Shown here piece by piece: positions 7,409 through 16,094 of a stretch of DNA of 49,737 bases (position 1 is its first letter; every line of letters starts with the position of its first letter). The notes below the pieces were generated by a model. That model was not told the DNA's origin, ran no database searches, and saw only the letters and a program-made list of their open reading frames with translations. A program made the position numbers and the translations under genes. This stretch comes from a virus (Duplodnaviria > Caudoviricetes), in IMG/VR virus record IMGVR_UViG_3300031453_000082, positions 1 through 49,737 of that record. The stretch is one strand, 5' to 3'.

Positions 7409-8344
7409 GTGGCCCTCAGAGCTGTGCCAGAACACCCTAAGTTTGCCGACTTCAAACTCATGCTCGGACTGAGTAAATACGAGGCGCTGGGCGCCCTAGA
7501 AGCGCTATGGCACTTCACCGGAAAATACGCGCCACAGGGCAACATCGGGAGGTTCAAGGACTCAGCAATCGAGGCATGGCTGGAGTGGAAGGGAGCGCCA
7601 GGTGCGCTTGTGAATGCGCTTAGGGATTCTGGGTGGCTTGATCCCTCAGAAGAGCATCGCTTGGTTGTGCATGACTGGAAAGATCACGCCGACCAGACCA
7701 CTAAGAAGCAATTGGGGAGGACAAAGAAGGGTTTTGTCCAAGACGTGTCTGGACAAGACGGCAAAGTCTCCGGACCCCCAGCCCCAGCCCCAGTGCCAGC
7801 CCCAGTGCCAGCCCCAGTGCCAGCCCCAGTGCCAGTGCCAGTGCCAGCCCCAGTGCCAGTGCCAAAGGGAAAAGAAGCCGGCGACGCTTTCGCTCTGCCG
7901 GCGTGGGTTGATCCCAAAGCTTGGCAAGGGTATCTCGACATGCGAAAGAAAAAGCGATCGCCGCTCACGGACCTGGCGATGTCTTTGAGTTTGAAGAAAC
8001 TTGAGGCGCTGATGGTAGCCGGTAATGATCCGAACGCGGTTTTGAACCAAAGCACCATGGCGGGTTGGCAGGGAATATTTGAACTCAAGGAGAAGAGCAA
8101 TGGAACACGTAGCAGCAATCCAGCCATGGAAAGACAGCAACTTAGCCGGAAACACGTACTTGACGCCATTGAGCGCAGAATCGGTTCGCAGGCTGGGGCT
8201 CCTTCTGGTGCAAGCCCAAGCGTACTTCCCCAACCAGATCCTTCCACCGGGAACGCCGGATGGGTGGCTGATGGCGTGGGAAGAGATAGCCCAAGAGTAC
8301 GGGGAGCACCGCTTCCGAAGCGCCTTGTGGAGGGTCTGCCGTAA
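7409..8344 (+). CDS. Phage replication initiator (O-like) with Pro-Ala/Pro-Val linker
   Basis: N-terminal HPKF...ALGALEALW...GWLD...VHDW.DH; C-terminal LPAWVD..AWQGYLDMRK; position before a loader-like gene. Confidence 0.75.
   Translation: MALRAVPEHPKFADFKLMLGLSKYEALGALEALWHFTGKYAPQGNIGRFKDSAIEAWLEWKGAPGALVNALRDSGWLDPSEEHRLVVHDWKDHADQTTKKQLGRTKKGFVQDVSGQDGKVSGPPAPAPVPAPVPAPVPAPVPVPVPAPVPVPKGKEAGDAFALPAWVDPKAWQGYLDMRKKKRSPLTDLAMSLSLKKLEALMVAGNDPNAVLNQSTMAGWQGIFELKEKSNGTRSSNPAMERQQLSRKHVLDAIERRIGSQAGAPSGASPSVLPQPDPSTGNAGWVADGVGRDSPRVRGAPLPKRLVEGLP
7778..7864 (+). repeat. 6/12-bp tandem repeat (CCAGCC/CCAGTG) encoding (PA/PV)n
   Basis: Read directly. Confidence 0.9.
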
Positions 8345-8558
8345 GAGCAAATTCATACCGGGACCAAGTGAGATCGAGGAGGAGTGCGTGGTGATGAAGA
8401 TGGCAGAGCAAGAGCATAAACGCAAGCTTAACCCCTATGTGCCGTGTGGTGAGTGTGTCGGCAGTCACGTGATCCGGGAGCGTGATGGGCGGAATGAAGC
8501 TGTGCGATGCGAGTGCTGGAAAACATGGAAGGCCGCTCAACAGAAGGTGGAAAAGTGA
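8100..8558 (+). CDS. Replication-associated protein (P/helicase-loader-like) with C-terminal Zn motif; overlaps the initiator 3' end
   Basis: AAGGAG RBS before ATG 8100; SKFIPGPSEI motif; CGEC...CEC. Confidence 0.6.
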   Translation: MEHVAAIQPWKDSNLAGNTYLTPLSAESVRRLGLLLVQAQAYFPNQILPPGTPDGWLMAWEEIAQEYGEHRFRSALWRVCRKSKFIPGPSEIEEECVVMKMAEQEHKRKLNPYVPCGECVGSHVIRERDGRNEAVRCECWKTWKAAQQKVEK

Positions 8559-8833
8559 TCCAACCCCTAGCACCCATAGCCTTTCTTGCCTTCGGCCTCT
8601 CTTTCGTTAGCCGCCACGCCCGCAAACGCCAGTTAGCCGCGTTGCGCTGGGAAGAGGGAGCAAGGATCGCAAAGGCGGCGGCTGATTACCTTGTGCTGGA
8701 TCGGTTCTCCCGCGCTGCTATTGAGGAGCGTGGAAGTATGTTTGCGGGCGACCGCGATGCTTTGCGGATGCTGATTGATCGCCACAGTGAGTGCCTGAGC
8801 GCGGCGCTGAACATAGAAAGAGGGCCGAAGTGA
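8555..8833 (+). CDS. Hypothetical membrane-anchored protein
   Basis: GTGA coupling; N-terminal hydrophobic segment. Confidence 0.5.
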   Translation: MIQPLAPIAFLAFGLSFVSRHARKRQLAALRWEEGARIAKAAADYLVLDRFSRAAIEERGSMFAGDRDALRMLIDRHSECLSAALNIERGPK

Positions 8834-8887
8834 GCCTGCGCCGTGACCCAGAGTCTGACGTGATGGAAGACGGCGAGGTGGCGAACG

Positions 8888-10273
8888 ATGGCGACTAGCA
8901 TGATCTACGGCGACGTATGCTCCGGCATCTCTGCCCCGACGGTGGCGTGGGCGCCCCTCGGCTGGCGGCCGGCCTTCTACGCAGAGGTGGCAAAGTTCCC
9001 ATCGTCCGTGCTCAAGCACCACTATCCAGTCACCCCCAATCGGGGTGACTTTACCCGGATCGAGAGTGGAGACCATGAACCAATCGACCTTCTTGTGGGC
9101 GGAACCCCTTGCCAAGATTTCAGCGTCGCCGGTCTCCGAGCAGGAATGGACGGAGCGCGTGGTCAACTCACCGTCGAGTTCGCTCACCTTGCTGGCCGGC
9201 TGCGGCCCCGATGGTTGGTATGGGAGAACGTCCCCGGCGTGCTGTCAGTCGATGGAGGACGGGCGTTTGGAATCTTTCTCGGGATGCTGGGGGAACTCGG
9301 GTATGGGTTCGCCTACCGAGTTCTTGACGCTCAGCACTTTGGAGTTCCACAGCGGCGCCGTCGCGTCTTCGTTGTCGGACATCTTGGAGACTGGCGACGT
9401 GCGGCGGCGGTACTTTTTGAGCGCCAAAGCCTGTCGGGGGATACTCCGCCGCGCCGAAAAAAGGGGCAAGGAATTACCCACGAGCTTGCTCCTAGCCTTA
9501 CAGCAAGTGGGCGAGGGGTTGAGCGAGCTGGAGACACCCGAGGACAAGATCCAGTCGTCGCCGTCGCTGGAACCGGAACCGAAAGCATTGTTCACTGCGT
9601 TGACATCGCCCCCACCCTCAACGCCCACTACGGAGATAAGCAGGGCTTAGAGAATCAGCACATCAATGGAGGCTGCGGTCTTTTTGTGGCGCACTCGTTG
9701 CGGGGCGAGGGCTTCGACGCGAGCGAGGATGGCACGGGGCGTGGTACGCCGCTTGTGCCGGTGGCTTTCTCGTGCAAGGACCACGGAGCCGATGCTGGGG
9801 AGACCTCACCCACGCTTCGTGCGATGGGGCACAACGGTAGCCACGCCAACGCGGGAGGTCAGGTAGCGGTGGCAATGAACCCGCGTGGACGAGACGGGGG
9901 AGCCATGCCGGAGATGGATCACCTTGCGAGTCTAAGGGCGGCGTCGGGCGGTAGCTCGCGCAGCTATATCGCCCACACTGCGGTGCGTCGACTTACTCCG
10001 CGAGAATGTGAGCGCCTACAAGAACTCCCCGACGATTACACTCGGATGCCCGGCATGAAGTCTTGGCGCGCGATCGACGAAGGAGAAACTCCGGAGAATT
10101 TGCGAGCCTTGGGACTCACGGTAAGGCTCAGTAAAAAGAGTGGACTCTGGCGGGTGAACGATCCCGATGGACCACGATACAAGGCGCTCGGCAACTCTAT
10201 GGCGGTGCCTTGTATGAAATGGCTTGGAGAGCGAATTCAAATGGTGGAGAACTTGTATGCCACGCACGACTGA
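8888..10273 (+). CDS. DNA (cytosine-5) methyltransferase with a long variable region
   Basis: Motif I CSGIS, IV GGTPCQDFS, VI ENVPG, VIII PQRRRRVF, IX RRLTPRECERLQ, X YKALGNSMAVP. Confidence 0.95.
   Translation: MATSMIYGDVCSGISAPTVAWAPLGWRPAFYAEVAKFPSSVLKHHYPVTPNRGDFTRIESGDHEPIDLLVGGTPCQDFSVAGLRAGMDGARGQLTVEFAHLAGRLRPRWLVWENVPGVLSVDGGRAFGIFLGMLGELGYGFAYRVLDAQHFGVPQRRRRVFVVGHLGDWRRAAAVLFERQSLSGDTPPRRKKGQGITHELAPSLTASGRGVERAGDTRGQDPVVAVAGTGTESIVHCVDIAPTLNAHYGDKQGLENQHINGGCGLFVAHSLRGEGFDASEDGTGRGTPLVPVAFSCKDHGADAGETSPTLRAMGHNGSHANAGGQVAVAMNPRGRDGGAMPEMDHLASLRAASGGSSRSYIAHTAVRRLTPRECERLQELPDDYTRMPGMKSWRAIDEGETPENLRALGLTVRLSKKSGLWRVNDPDGPRYKALGNSMAVPCMKWLGERIQMVENLYATHD
9075..9650 (+). CDS. Nested alternative-frame ORF resembling the M.EcoHK31I beta polypeptide
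   Basis: GGAG RBS before ATG 9075; WGNSGM...EF.T..TLE.....SLSDILET....FLS..AC.GILRRAEKRGK.LP resembles the beta chain as recalled. Confidence 0.65.
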   Translation: MNQSTFLWAEPLAKISASPVSEQEWTERVVNSPSSSLTLLAGCGPDGWYGRTSPACCQSMEDGRLESFSGCWGNSGMGSPTEFLTLSTLEFHSGAVASSLSDILETGDVRRRYFLSAKACRGILRRAEKRGKELPTSLLLALQQVGEGLSELETPEDKIQSSPSLEPEPKALFTALTSPPPSTPTTEISRA

Positions 10274-10365
10274 AGAGATAAGGAAGGCGAAGCGCGAGAG
10301 CATGGCGCGTAGCTGGATCGGCGAGCGTATCGAGAGGGTGGATACCTGCGGGCAAGGAGCGCCGA

Positions 10366-10521
10366 ATGTTGAGTAACTACCCGCCGGGCGCCGAGGGCGA
10401 CCCAAACGCGCCGTGGAATGCCGAGCCCGAGCATGATTACGGCCGCGACGAGGACGAGGCCTACGACAAGTGGATGAACGACCAGATGAACGGAGACGGA
10501 GACCAAGATGCGCGAAGCTAA
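10366..10521 (+). CDS. Small acidic phage protein (MLSNYPPGAEGDPNAPWNAE...)
   Basis: AAGGAG RBS; translated by hand, 51 aa. Confidence 0.55.
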   Translation: MLSNYPPGAEGDPNAPWNAEPEHDYGRDEDEAYDKWMNDQMNGDGDQDARS

Positions 10522-11338
10522 GTTGTGCAACCAGATGCAGCCTCCCATGACCTCATCAGACGAACTGCACCGTATAATCCGGAGCTCATATTCAGAACCG
10601 AATTATCAGTACCTGCAGGAGGTCCGCGATGCAACCGGGTACGACGCTGTGCGCACTGCGGACGCGATCGCAATTGGTATGTATCGCAGTTGCGGACGCA
10701 AGATCCACGGATTCGAGATAAAGGTTTCGCGGACCGATTGGCTGAAAGAGATTAGCAATGCCGCCAAGTCGGAAAGCCTGTTCCGCTACTGTCATCGCTG
10801 GGCACTTGTAATCTCCGACGAGTCATATGTTCATCCTGGGGAACTCCCAGATGGATGGGGCATGGCGGTTCCACATGTCAGCAGGAAAGGTGCAAGGCCA
10901 AAGTTGCGCTGGGTGAAACACGCGCCACTGCTTGAGCCCAAACTTCCGGATATGGTCTTCATCACAGCTCTCCTGTACGCAACGCAGCGCACCGTAAAGG
11001 GTGAGAAGGAAGTACACGAACGGTGGGATGAGGCGTACCGAAAAGGCAAAGCGGATGCATTGGCGACACGCGACGGTCGGCGAGACATAGCCGATCAGCT
11101 AGCCTCAATAACAGCTGCAGTCGAAGCCTTCGAAAAACAGAGCCAAGTCCACATCTCCTCATACACCGGCGTCCGTGAAGCTAAAGAGACAGGTCTTGAG
11201 TTCCGCGAGTGGCGTCAGTGCAACGGATCTCTAGATGCCGCAATCCGGAGGCTTGAGAGGCTTGAGCGCGATGGCGGTGAGGTGGTCGAGCATATGCGAG
11301 AAAGGCTGGGCGAGATCATCAAGAAAGCGAAGCAATGA
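10508..11338 (+). CDS. PD-(D/E)xK nuclease-fold protein (MmcB-like); start uncertain
   Basis: EV...RTADAIA...IHGFEIKVSRTDWLKE...ELPDGWG. Confidence 0.75.
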   Translation: MREAKLCNQMQPPMTSSDELHRIIRSSYSEPNYQYLQEVRDATGYDAVRTADAIAIGMYRSCGRKIHGFEIKVSRTDWLKEISNAAKSESLFRYCHRWALVISDESYVHPGELPDGWGMAVPHVSRKGARPKLRWVKHAPLLEPKLPDMVFITALLYATQRTVKGEKEVHERWDEAYRKGKADALATRDGRRDIADQLASITAAVEAFEKQSQVHISSYTGVREAKETGLEFREWRQCNGSLDAAIRRLERLERDGGEVVEHMRERLGEIIKKAKQ

Positions 11339-11685
11339 AGGTTAAGCCGGAGCAGGCGGTTCAGAGGGCCATCACAGATCTGCTCACGGTGGAGCGCGTC
11401 TGGTGGAGGCGTATGCAATCAGGGATGCTTCCAGGTTTCGCGCAAGGGGGCAAGCGGCGACCAATACGAGTTGGGACACCCGGTATGGCCGACATACTCT
11501 GCACGCCCCGTGTAGCCGTCTCCAAAGGCCAATTAGTGATTCTGTGGGTCGAGGCAAAGTCGCCGGTCGGTAAGCAGTCTAACGTACAGCGGGAATTCCA
11601 GGTTGAGGTGGAGGCGGAGGGGCACTTTTATCTACTGGCGCGATCTTCGGATGATGTGAAGGCTTGGCTTAAGGAGGCGAGATGA
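11335..11685 (+). CDS. VRR-NUC domain nuclease (resolvase-like)
   Basis: E..VQ..I...GTPGMADIL...WVEAKSPVGKQS.VQ..F...ARS.DDV. Confidence 0.85.
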   Translation: MKVKPEQAVQRAITDLLTVERVWWRRMQSGMLPGFAQGGKRRPIRVGTPGMADILCTPRVAVSKGQLVILWVEAKSPVGKQSNVQREFQVEVEAEGHFYLLARSSDDVKAWLKEAR

Positions 11686-11867
11686 AAAATGCAGGTCGAA
11701 ACGGAATGACACAGCTAGCCGTGGCGAAAGAGTTAGGCATATCCATAGAGCGAGTGAGACAAATAGAGCAGGAAGCTCTGCGCAAGCTGAGGAGGCGACA
11801 CAGTGCGCGCCTGCTGGCGTTGATGTCTCCCGATCACGAGCTCAACGTAACGCCGGAGACAGCTTGA
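11682..11867 (+). CDS. Sigma70 region-4-like HTH protein
   Basis: MTQLAVAKELGISIERVRQIEQEALRKLR. Confidence 0.85.
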   Translation: MKNAGRNGMTQLAVAKELGISIERVRQIEQEALRKLRRRHSARLLALMSPDHELNVTPETA

Positions 11868-12109
11868 CCGGATTATCTGAGACGCTAAGAGCCCTACGCA
11901 AGCGTGAAGACCTCACCCAGGAAGAGCTCGCCGTAAAGATGGGCGTTCACCGGAATACGGTTTATCGGATGGAAGCGTTCTCCTGGGTAGCTATGAAACA
12001 TCTAGAATCAGCAGCCAACGCGTTTGGCACGACAGCCTATAAAATCCTCCGCCACGTTAAAAATGCACAAGAATTTGTGCACGCAAATGACAACACAAAG
12101 ACTACCTGA
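11864..12109 (+). CDS. XRE/Cro-family HTH regulator
   Basis: LRALRKREDLTQEELAVKMGVHRNTVYRME. Confidence 0.85.
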   Translation: MTGLSETLRALRKREDLTQEELAVKMGVHRNTVYRMEAFSWVAMKHLESAANAFGTTAYKILRHVKNAQEFVHANDNTKTT

Positions 12110-12122
12110 GAGAGTGGACTAG

Positions 12123-12569
12123 GTGCCGAGAAAGGCGAGGGAATCTATGGATGACGCGCTTGGGCACGAAATTCTCCATCAAGTCCTCTTCAATCAGAAC
12201 CTTCTTTTAGAACTACTCAGGAGAGTAAACGCTATGTCTGAATCCCAGGATAAGTTCGACACCATTCTATCCAGCCTCGAAGCCGATGCGAAGACCGCCA
12301 TTGACGCAAAGACCGCCGAAACCGCCGAGAACGAGAAGCTTAAGGCGCAGATTGCTGCCGGCCCTGACCTCTCGTCTGAGACGAGTCGCCTTCAGGCCCT
12401 GGACGCTGAGCTGAAGGGCGCGCAGCCTTCCTCCTCCGGCCCAACCGATCCGTTTCCCGTAGCTGCCTCCGATACCACTGTGTTGCCTGTGTCCAAGGTC
12501 ACATCGGTCGACCCCAATGCTCCCGAGCCAGGCATTCCACTGGTCACATCCGGGACATTGAAGCCCTAA
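12123..12569 (+). CDS. Hypothetical coiled-coil protein (alternative start 12234 with AGGAG RBS)
   Basis: ORF, coiled-coil-like middle, coupled to the next gene. Confidence 0.6.
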   Translation: MPRKARESMDDALGHEILHQVLFNQNLLLELLRRVNAMSESQDKFDTILSSLEADAKTAIDAKTAETAENEKLKAQIAAGPDLSSETSRLQALDAELKGAQPSSSGPTDPFPVAASDTTVLPVSKVTSVDPNAPEPGIPLVTSGTLKP

Positions 12570-12844
12570 TGAACAATCCGTTCAACATCGCCCAGTTGCG
12601 AGCGACCACAAAGGCGCTTGTGGCTGGGCTGTTTGTTGCGGGAAACGTCATGCAGGTCCGTGAAGTTCACGACTGGGCTTTAGCCGCCGCGCACAACCAT
12701 CCTCACATCATCATTGCGCTCGGCACAGCCTTCGGGATAGCCGGGCTGTTGCACAATCCAGCTGTGCAGGCAGCGCTAGGCAAAAAAACAACCGTAGCGG
12801 TGACCACGCAGACGGTAGAGGTTAATCCAGAGGATAAGAAGTGA
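12569..12844 (+). CDS. Small two-TM membrane protein, holin candidate
   Basis: Two hydrophobic segments and a charged C-terminus. Confidence 0.5.
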   Translation: MNNPFNIAQLRATTKALVAGLFVAGNVMQVREVHDWALAAAHNHPHIIIALGTAFGIAGLLHNPAVQAALGKKTTVAVTTQTVEVNPEDKK

Positions 12845-13470
12845 TTCCCTCTTTCCTCCAAAGCCTTTTGTCAACGGAATCACGCGTTGAAGCAGAGCTA
12901 CCGCCTGCGCCGATCGCTCACCCAGCCGCGATAGGCCCTCTAAGCCTTTTACCGCCAGTGAAGCAATATTCCCTGGAGCATCTCAAAGAGCTTCTAGCCG
13001 AGACAGAAGCGGCCTTTGCGTTCCACAAGCACTCACAGGAGGGCCTTATGGCCGCAGCACCCGTTACCCCCATTCCAGGATTTACGGCTTCGCTGCCTAC
13101 GTCCACACCTGCTCCGGCTAAAACTTCATGGCTGTCACACTGTGGACACTTTCTCATGAAAGTCCTCCATATCGGCGAGGAGGTGGCCATCATCGGCGAG
13201 CCTTTGCTGGCCGCCTCACCCTACGCCATGTTTCTGCCCTTGGTCTCCTCAACCCTGAGTTTTGCAGGAGTGGCAGAGGCTACTATCGGCGGCGCATCAG
13301 GCACGGGCGCACAGAAACTGTCCCAGGTTACCGCCGGCTTGATTCCCCAAGCGCAGGCCTGGGCTAAGTCAGTGGGAATCGAGCACTGGCCCGAGGCGGA
13401 AATCGAGAAGTGGGCCTCCGCCTTCGTCGATGCGGTAAAGCTGGTTCCCCAGCCGACCACGAAGGCCTAG
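12841..13470 (+). CDS. Hypothetical protein (probable start 13048, AGGAGG RBS), membrane-associated
   Basis: ORF; hydrophobic segments; GTGAQKL..V motif. Confidence 0.55.
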   Translation: MIPSFLQSLLSTESRVEAELPPAPIAHPAAIGPLSLLPPVKQYSLEHLKELLAETEAAFAFHKHSQEGLMAAAPVTPIPGFTASLPTSTPAPAKTSWLSHCGHFLMKVLHIGEEVAIIGEPLLAASPYAMFLPLVSSTLSFAGVAEATIGGASGTGAQKLSQVTAGLIPQAQAWAKSVGIEHWPEAEIEKWASAFVDAVKLVPQPTTKA

Positions 13471-13474
13471 CGCG

Positions 13475-13843
13475 ATGAACATGCCCGCTACTTTCCGAGG
13501 TTTGGCTCAACTGGGGTTGAAGGTGTTGATCCTAACTGCGTGTGCGTACATGGCGATCAGCGGTAACCATCCGCCCGCGAATGCTCAGCTCCGGCCTGCC
13601 GGAGCTGTCCCGGTTGTCCCCGTCCTCACCATCGAGGACGCCCTGCAGGACAGCGACATCGCGGCTGTAAACAAGCATGTTGACTCCACTGACGCGAATG
13701 TGGCCCGCAACTGGGTTGGGGTGCAAAAGAACGCGGCGGACATTGCTGGGATGCAGGGCGAAGAGCGCGGCATCGGCGCGTTTCTGGCCCTGTTGAGCGG
13801 GACGGGCCTAATTCTACAAGTTAGATCCAAGAAGGCACCATAA
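13475..13843 (+). CDS. Membrane protein with N- and C-terminal hydrophobic segments
   Basis: Hydropathy by eye; operon coupling. Confidence 0.55.
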   Translation: MNMPATFRGLAQLGLKVLILTACAYMAISGNHPPANAQLRPAGAVPVVPVLTIEDALQDSDIAAVNKHVDSTDANVARNWVGVQKNAADIAGMQGEERGIGAFLALLSGTGLILQVRSKKAP

Positions 13844-14166
13844 TGCACGGACCTGCTTACCTCGATCTTCGTCTCGACTTCTATCGGGTGTGTGAATTCG
13901 TTGCCATCAACTCACTGCTGGCAAACTTCCTGCCCTCGCATGGCTGGGTGGACCGGGTGTGCATAAGCCACGCGCCTGAGAAGATGCGTCACTCCCTCAA
14001 CTTTACCTACTGCCTGTTGGTCGACATCATCGCGGGATTCGGGCTGAACTGGCGAACGCATCTGCCTTCGCTCGATCAAGAATTCATCGGCTTCAAAAGA
14101 ACGGTTCGGCACAAGTATCGCAACTGGCGTCAGGCGAAAACTGATGAAATCCACATCGGGAGGTGA
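13843..14166 (+). CDS. Hypothetical protein
   Basis: ORF coupled to upstream gene (TAATG). Confidence 0.5.
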   Translation: MHGPAYLDLRLDFYRVCEFVAINSLLANFLPSHGWVDRVCISHAPEKMRHSLNFTYCLLVDIIAGFGLNWRTHLPSLDQEFIGFKRTVRHKYRNWRQAKTDEIHIGR

Positions 14167-14173
14167 ACAAGCT

Positions 14174-14419
14174 ATGAACGTTTGGGCGTGCATTGCACTG
14201 GTGGGTGGTTCGGCCTTGGCGACGTGGGCGATCTGCCGCCTTGCTTATCGCGAGAGGTTGCGGAAGGCTGTCTCCACTGCTGCTCAAGCGCACTTGGATT
14301 CGATTCGCCGTGGAGCCGATGTTATGACGGCGCTTCGTGAGGACCGGGATACCAACTGGATGCCAAAACGACACCCAAAGCATGGCGCTGGGGGCAAGTT
14401 CGTCAGGAGCAACGGTTGA
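14174..14419 (+). CDS. Hypothetical protein with N-terminal TM segment
   Basis: GGAGG RBS; C-terminal RHPK...GGKF. Confidence 0.55.
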   Translation: MNVWACIALVGGSALATWAICRLAYRERLRKAVSTAAQAHLDSIRRGADVMTALREDRDTNWMPKRHPKHGAGGKFVRSNG

Positions 14420-14637
14420 ACGAGCGCGTTCCAGCGTGGATCAGGAGTTACGGAATAAGGAAGCTCGCCAGGCAGCTTGGGGTTGGGAGGGTAACAGTTA
14501 ACTCCTGGATCAACAGTGTCACCCACAACCGTAAGGTACCGCGTGTCGAGTTCATCCAGCGGATTGTGCTGTTGTCGCGCGATATGCCCATGTTGGTAGG
14601 TGCGCTAACTTACGACGACTTCTTCGGGGAGCTGTGA
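14416..14637 (+). CDS. Cro-like HTH protein
   Basis: GIRKLARQLGVGRVTVNSWI...P...LTYDDFF. Confidence 0.7.
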   Translation: MNERVPAWIRSYGIRKLARQLGVGRVTVNSWINSVTHNRKVPRVEFIQRIVLLSRDMPMLVGALTYDDFFGEL

Positions 14638-14641
14638 CGAC

Positions 14642-14884
14642 ATGACGATCTCGAATGCTGCCAAGAGGATGCTACGCAGTCTAAAGGCTGGCGAGGCCCA
14701 GCTGCGCTTCGGTCCGCGCTCCGGTGAATTCACAATCCAGGTCGGCGGGGATGTTATTCGTGCCCAGTCGAGAACGGTAGCTGCTCTGGCAAGGGCACAA
14801 CTACTCTCGCGGCTCCGAGGTGACGTGCCGGTGTACGTAATCAACCCGGCAGGCCGCCGGATGATTGAGGAGATGAGTGAGTGA
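14642..14884 (+). CDS. Hypothetical winged-helix-like protein
   Basis: GGGAG RBS; TVAAL....LL...YVINPAGR. Confidence 0.5.
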   Translation: MTISNAAKRMLRSLKAGEAQLRFGPRSGEFTIQVGGDVIRAQSRTVAALARAQLLSRLRGDVPVYVINPAGRRMIEEMSE

Positions 14885-15035
14885 CACTCGTACAGCACTC
14901 CTGCGGGGCGGTGTTTGGGGTGGTGCTGTATTGAACCCCCACACGAGCCAAGCTGGTGACGACACTGAATGAATCGATTTGATCCGAGCGCAGAGCAGAT
15001 CGCTACGACCGGTAGTTGGGTGAGGAGAATGAACA

Positions 15036-15803
15036 GTGACCGGCAACGGTAGAGCTCCGGGATTCTCGATCAGCGTGGATACGAACCAGCTTGAGACAAA
15101 GCTGCGCGGGTGGGAGAAAGATCAACTGCCCTACGCTACCGCCTTAGCTCTAACTCGCACCGCGCAGCTGATGCAACAGGCGTTGGTCGAGAATATGCGC
15201 AAGGTCTTCGACCGCCCGACACCCTATACGCTGTCTTCGACCTACATCAAGCCTGCCACGAAGACCCAACTCTACGCCGAAGTATTCCTCAAGAATTACG
15301 CCAGTAAGGGTGTGCCGGCGTCCGTGTTCCTCGCTCCTCAAATCTATGGCGGGCAGCGCAATCTTAAGTCGAGCGAGAAGATGCTGCAAAAGGCAGGCTA
15401 TCTCCCTAGCGGGATGGTGTGGGTGCCTGGATCCGGAGCTCGTATGAATGGCTACGGCAACATCATGCCCAGCCAGCTGGTGCAAGTCGTGAGCGCGTTG
15501 CAGGCGTTTCCTCAGGCCGGCTATCTGGCGAATCGCTCAAATCGCGCTGGCGCCCGGGGCAACAAAACATCTATGCAATTCTTCGTGGGCAAGCCTGCTG
15601 GCGGACGTCTCCCGCTGGGCGTGTACATGAGGACGAAGTCAGGGCTCAAGCCGATCCTCATCTTCGTCAAGTCACCCAACTACAAGCCGCGATTCCATTT
15701 CTTCGATGTAGCCAAACAGACATATGAGACCAACTTTCAGGAGCAGTTCAATAAGGCGCTGCGGGACGCGCTGATTCTTAGCCCCACACTAGCGGCAGCA
15801 TGA
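15036..15803 (+). CDS. Phage protein of the gpZ/tail-completion-like type found upstream of terminase
   Basis: QLPYATALALTRTA...VFDRPTPYTL...GGQR..K..E...ILIFV...YKPRF.F motif; AGGAG RBS. Confidence 0.6.
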   Translation: MTGNGRAPGFSISVDTNQLETKLRGWEKDQLPYATALALTRTAQLMQQALVENMRKVFDRPTPYTLSSTYIKPATKTQLYAEVFLKNYASKGVPASVFLAPQIYGGQRNLKSSEKMLQKAGYLPSGMVWVPGSGARMNGYGNIMPSQLVQVVSALQAFPQAGYLANRSNRAGARGNKTSMQFFVGKPAGGRLPLGVYMRTKSGLKPILIFVKSPNYKPRFHFFDVAKQTYETNFQEQFNKALRDALILSPTLAAA

Positions 15804-16094
15804 CCGAAAACCTCATCATTCAAGAAAAAGACTATCGCCGGCTTAGAAGCCGCCACACGCTCATTCGCAAAGCTACCCTGCCAGCAACCCGTGCATAGAC
15901 CCAAGCAGCCCGCAGGACAATGATGACGACCAAAACGATGAACCACATGGATCAAGGATACGCCGATGACGAGGTTTGAGCTCATCCCACCAACGAAAGG
16001 AGTAGGCGGAGAATCGCCAGAGCCAGCCAAGCGGGGTAGCGATACAGCTGCCCCGAACGCTGATTCAACGTTCCGCACTAAGGGAGATACAGGC

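Noticed and set aside
7614-8425. PQCQ-repeat and WHWG-repeat ORFs in other frames
   Set aside because: Shadows of the PA/PV linker repeat of the replication gene
8888-11338. MTase plus neighbouring nuclease as a restriction-modification system
   Set aside because: The nuclease looks like a common MmcB-like phage protein in the nin-like region; an orphan anti-restriction MTase is the simpler reading
12064-12081. TGCACAA-N4-TTGTGCA palindrome as an operator
   Set aside because: Single occurrence inside a coding 3' end with no clear associated promoter
14891-14930. TACAGCAC/GTGCTGTA inverted repeat as a structured ncRNA
   Set aside because: A single 8-bp stem with no recognisable RNA family features; insufficient evidence
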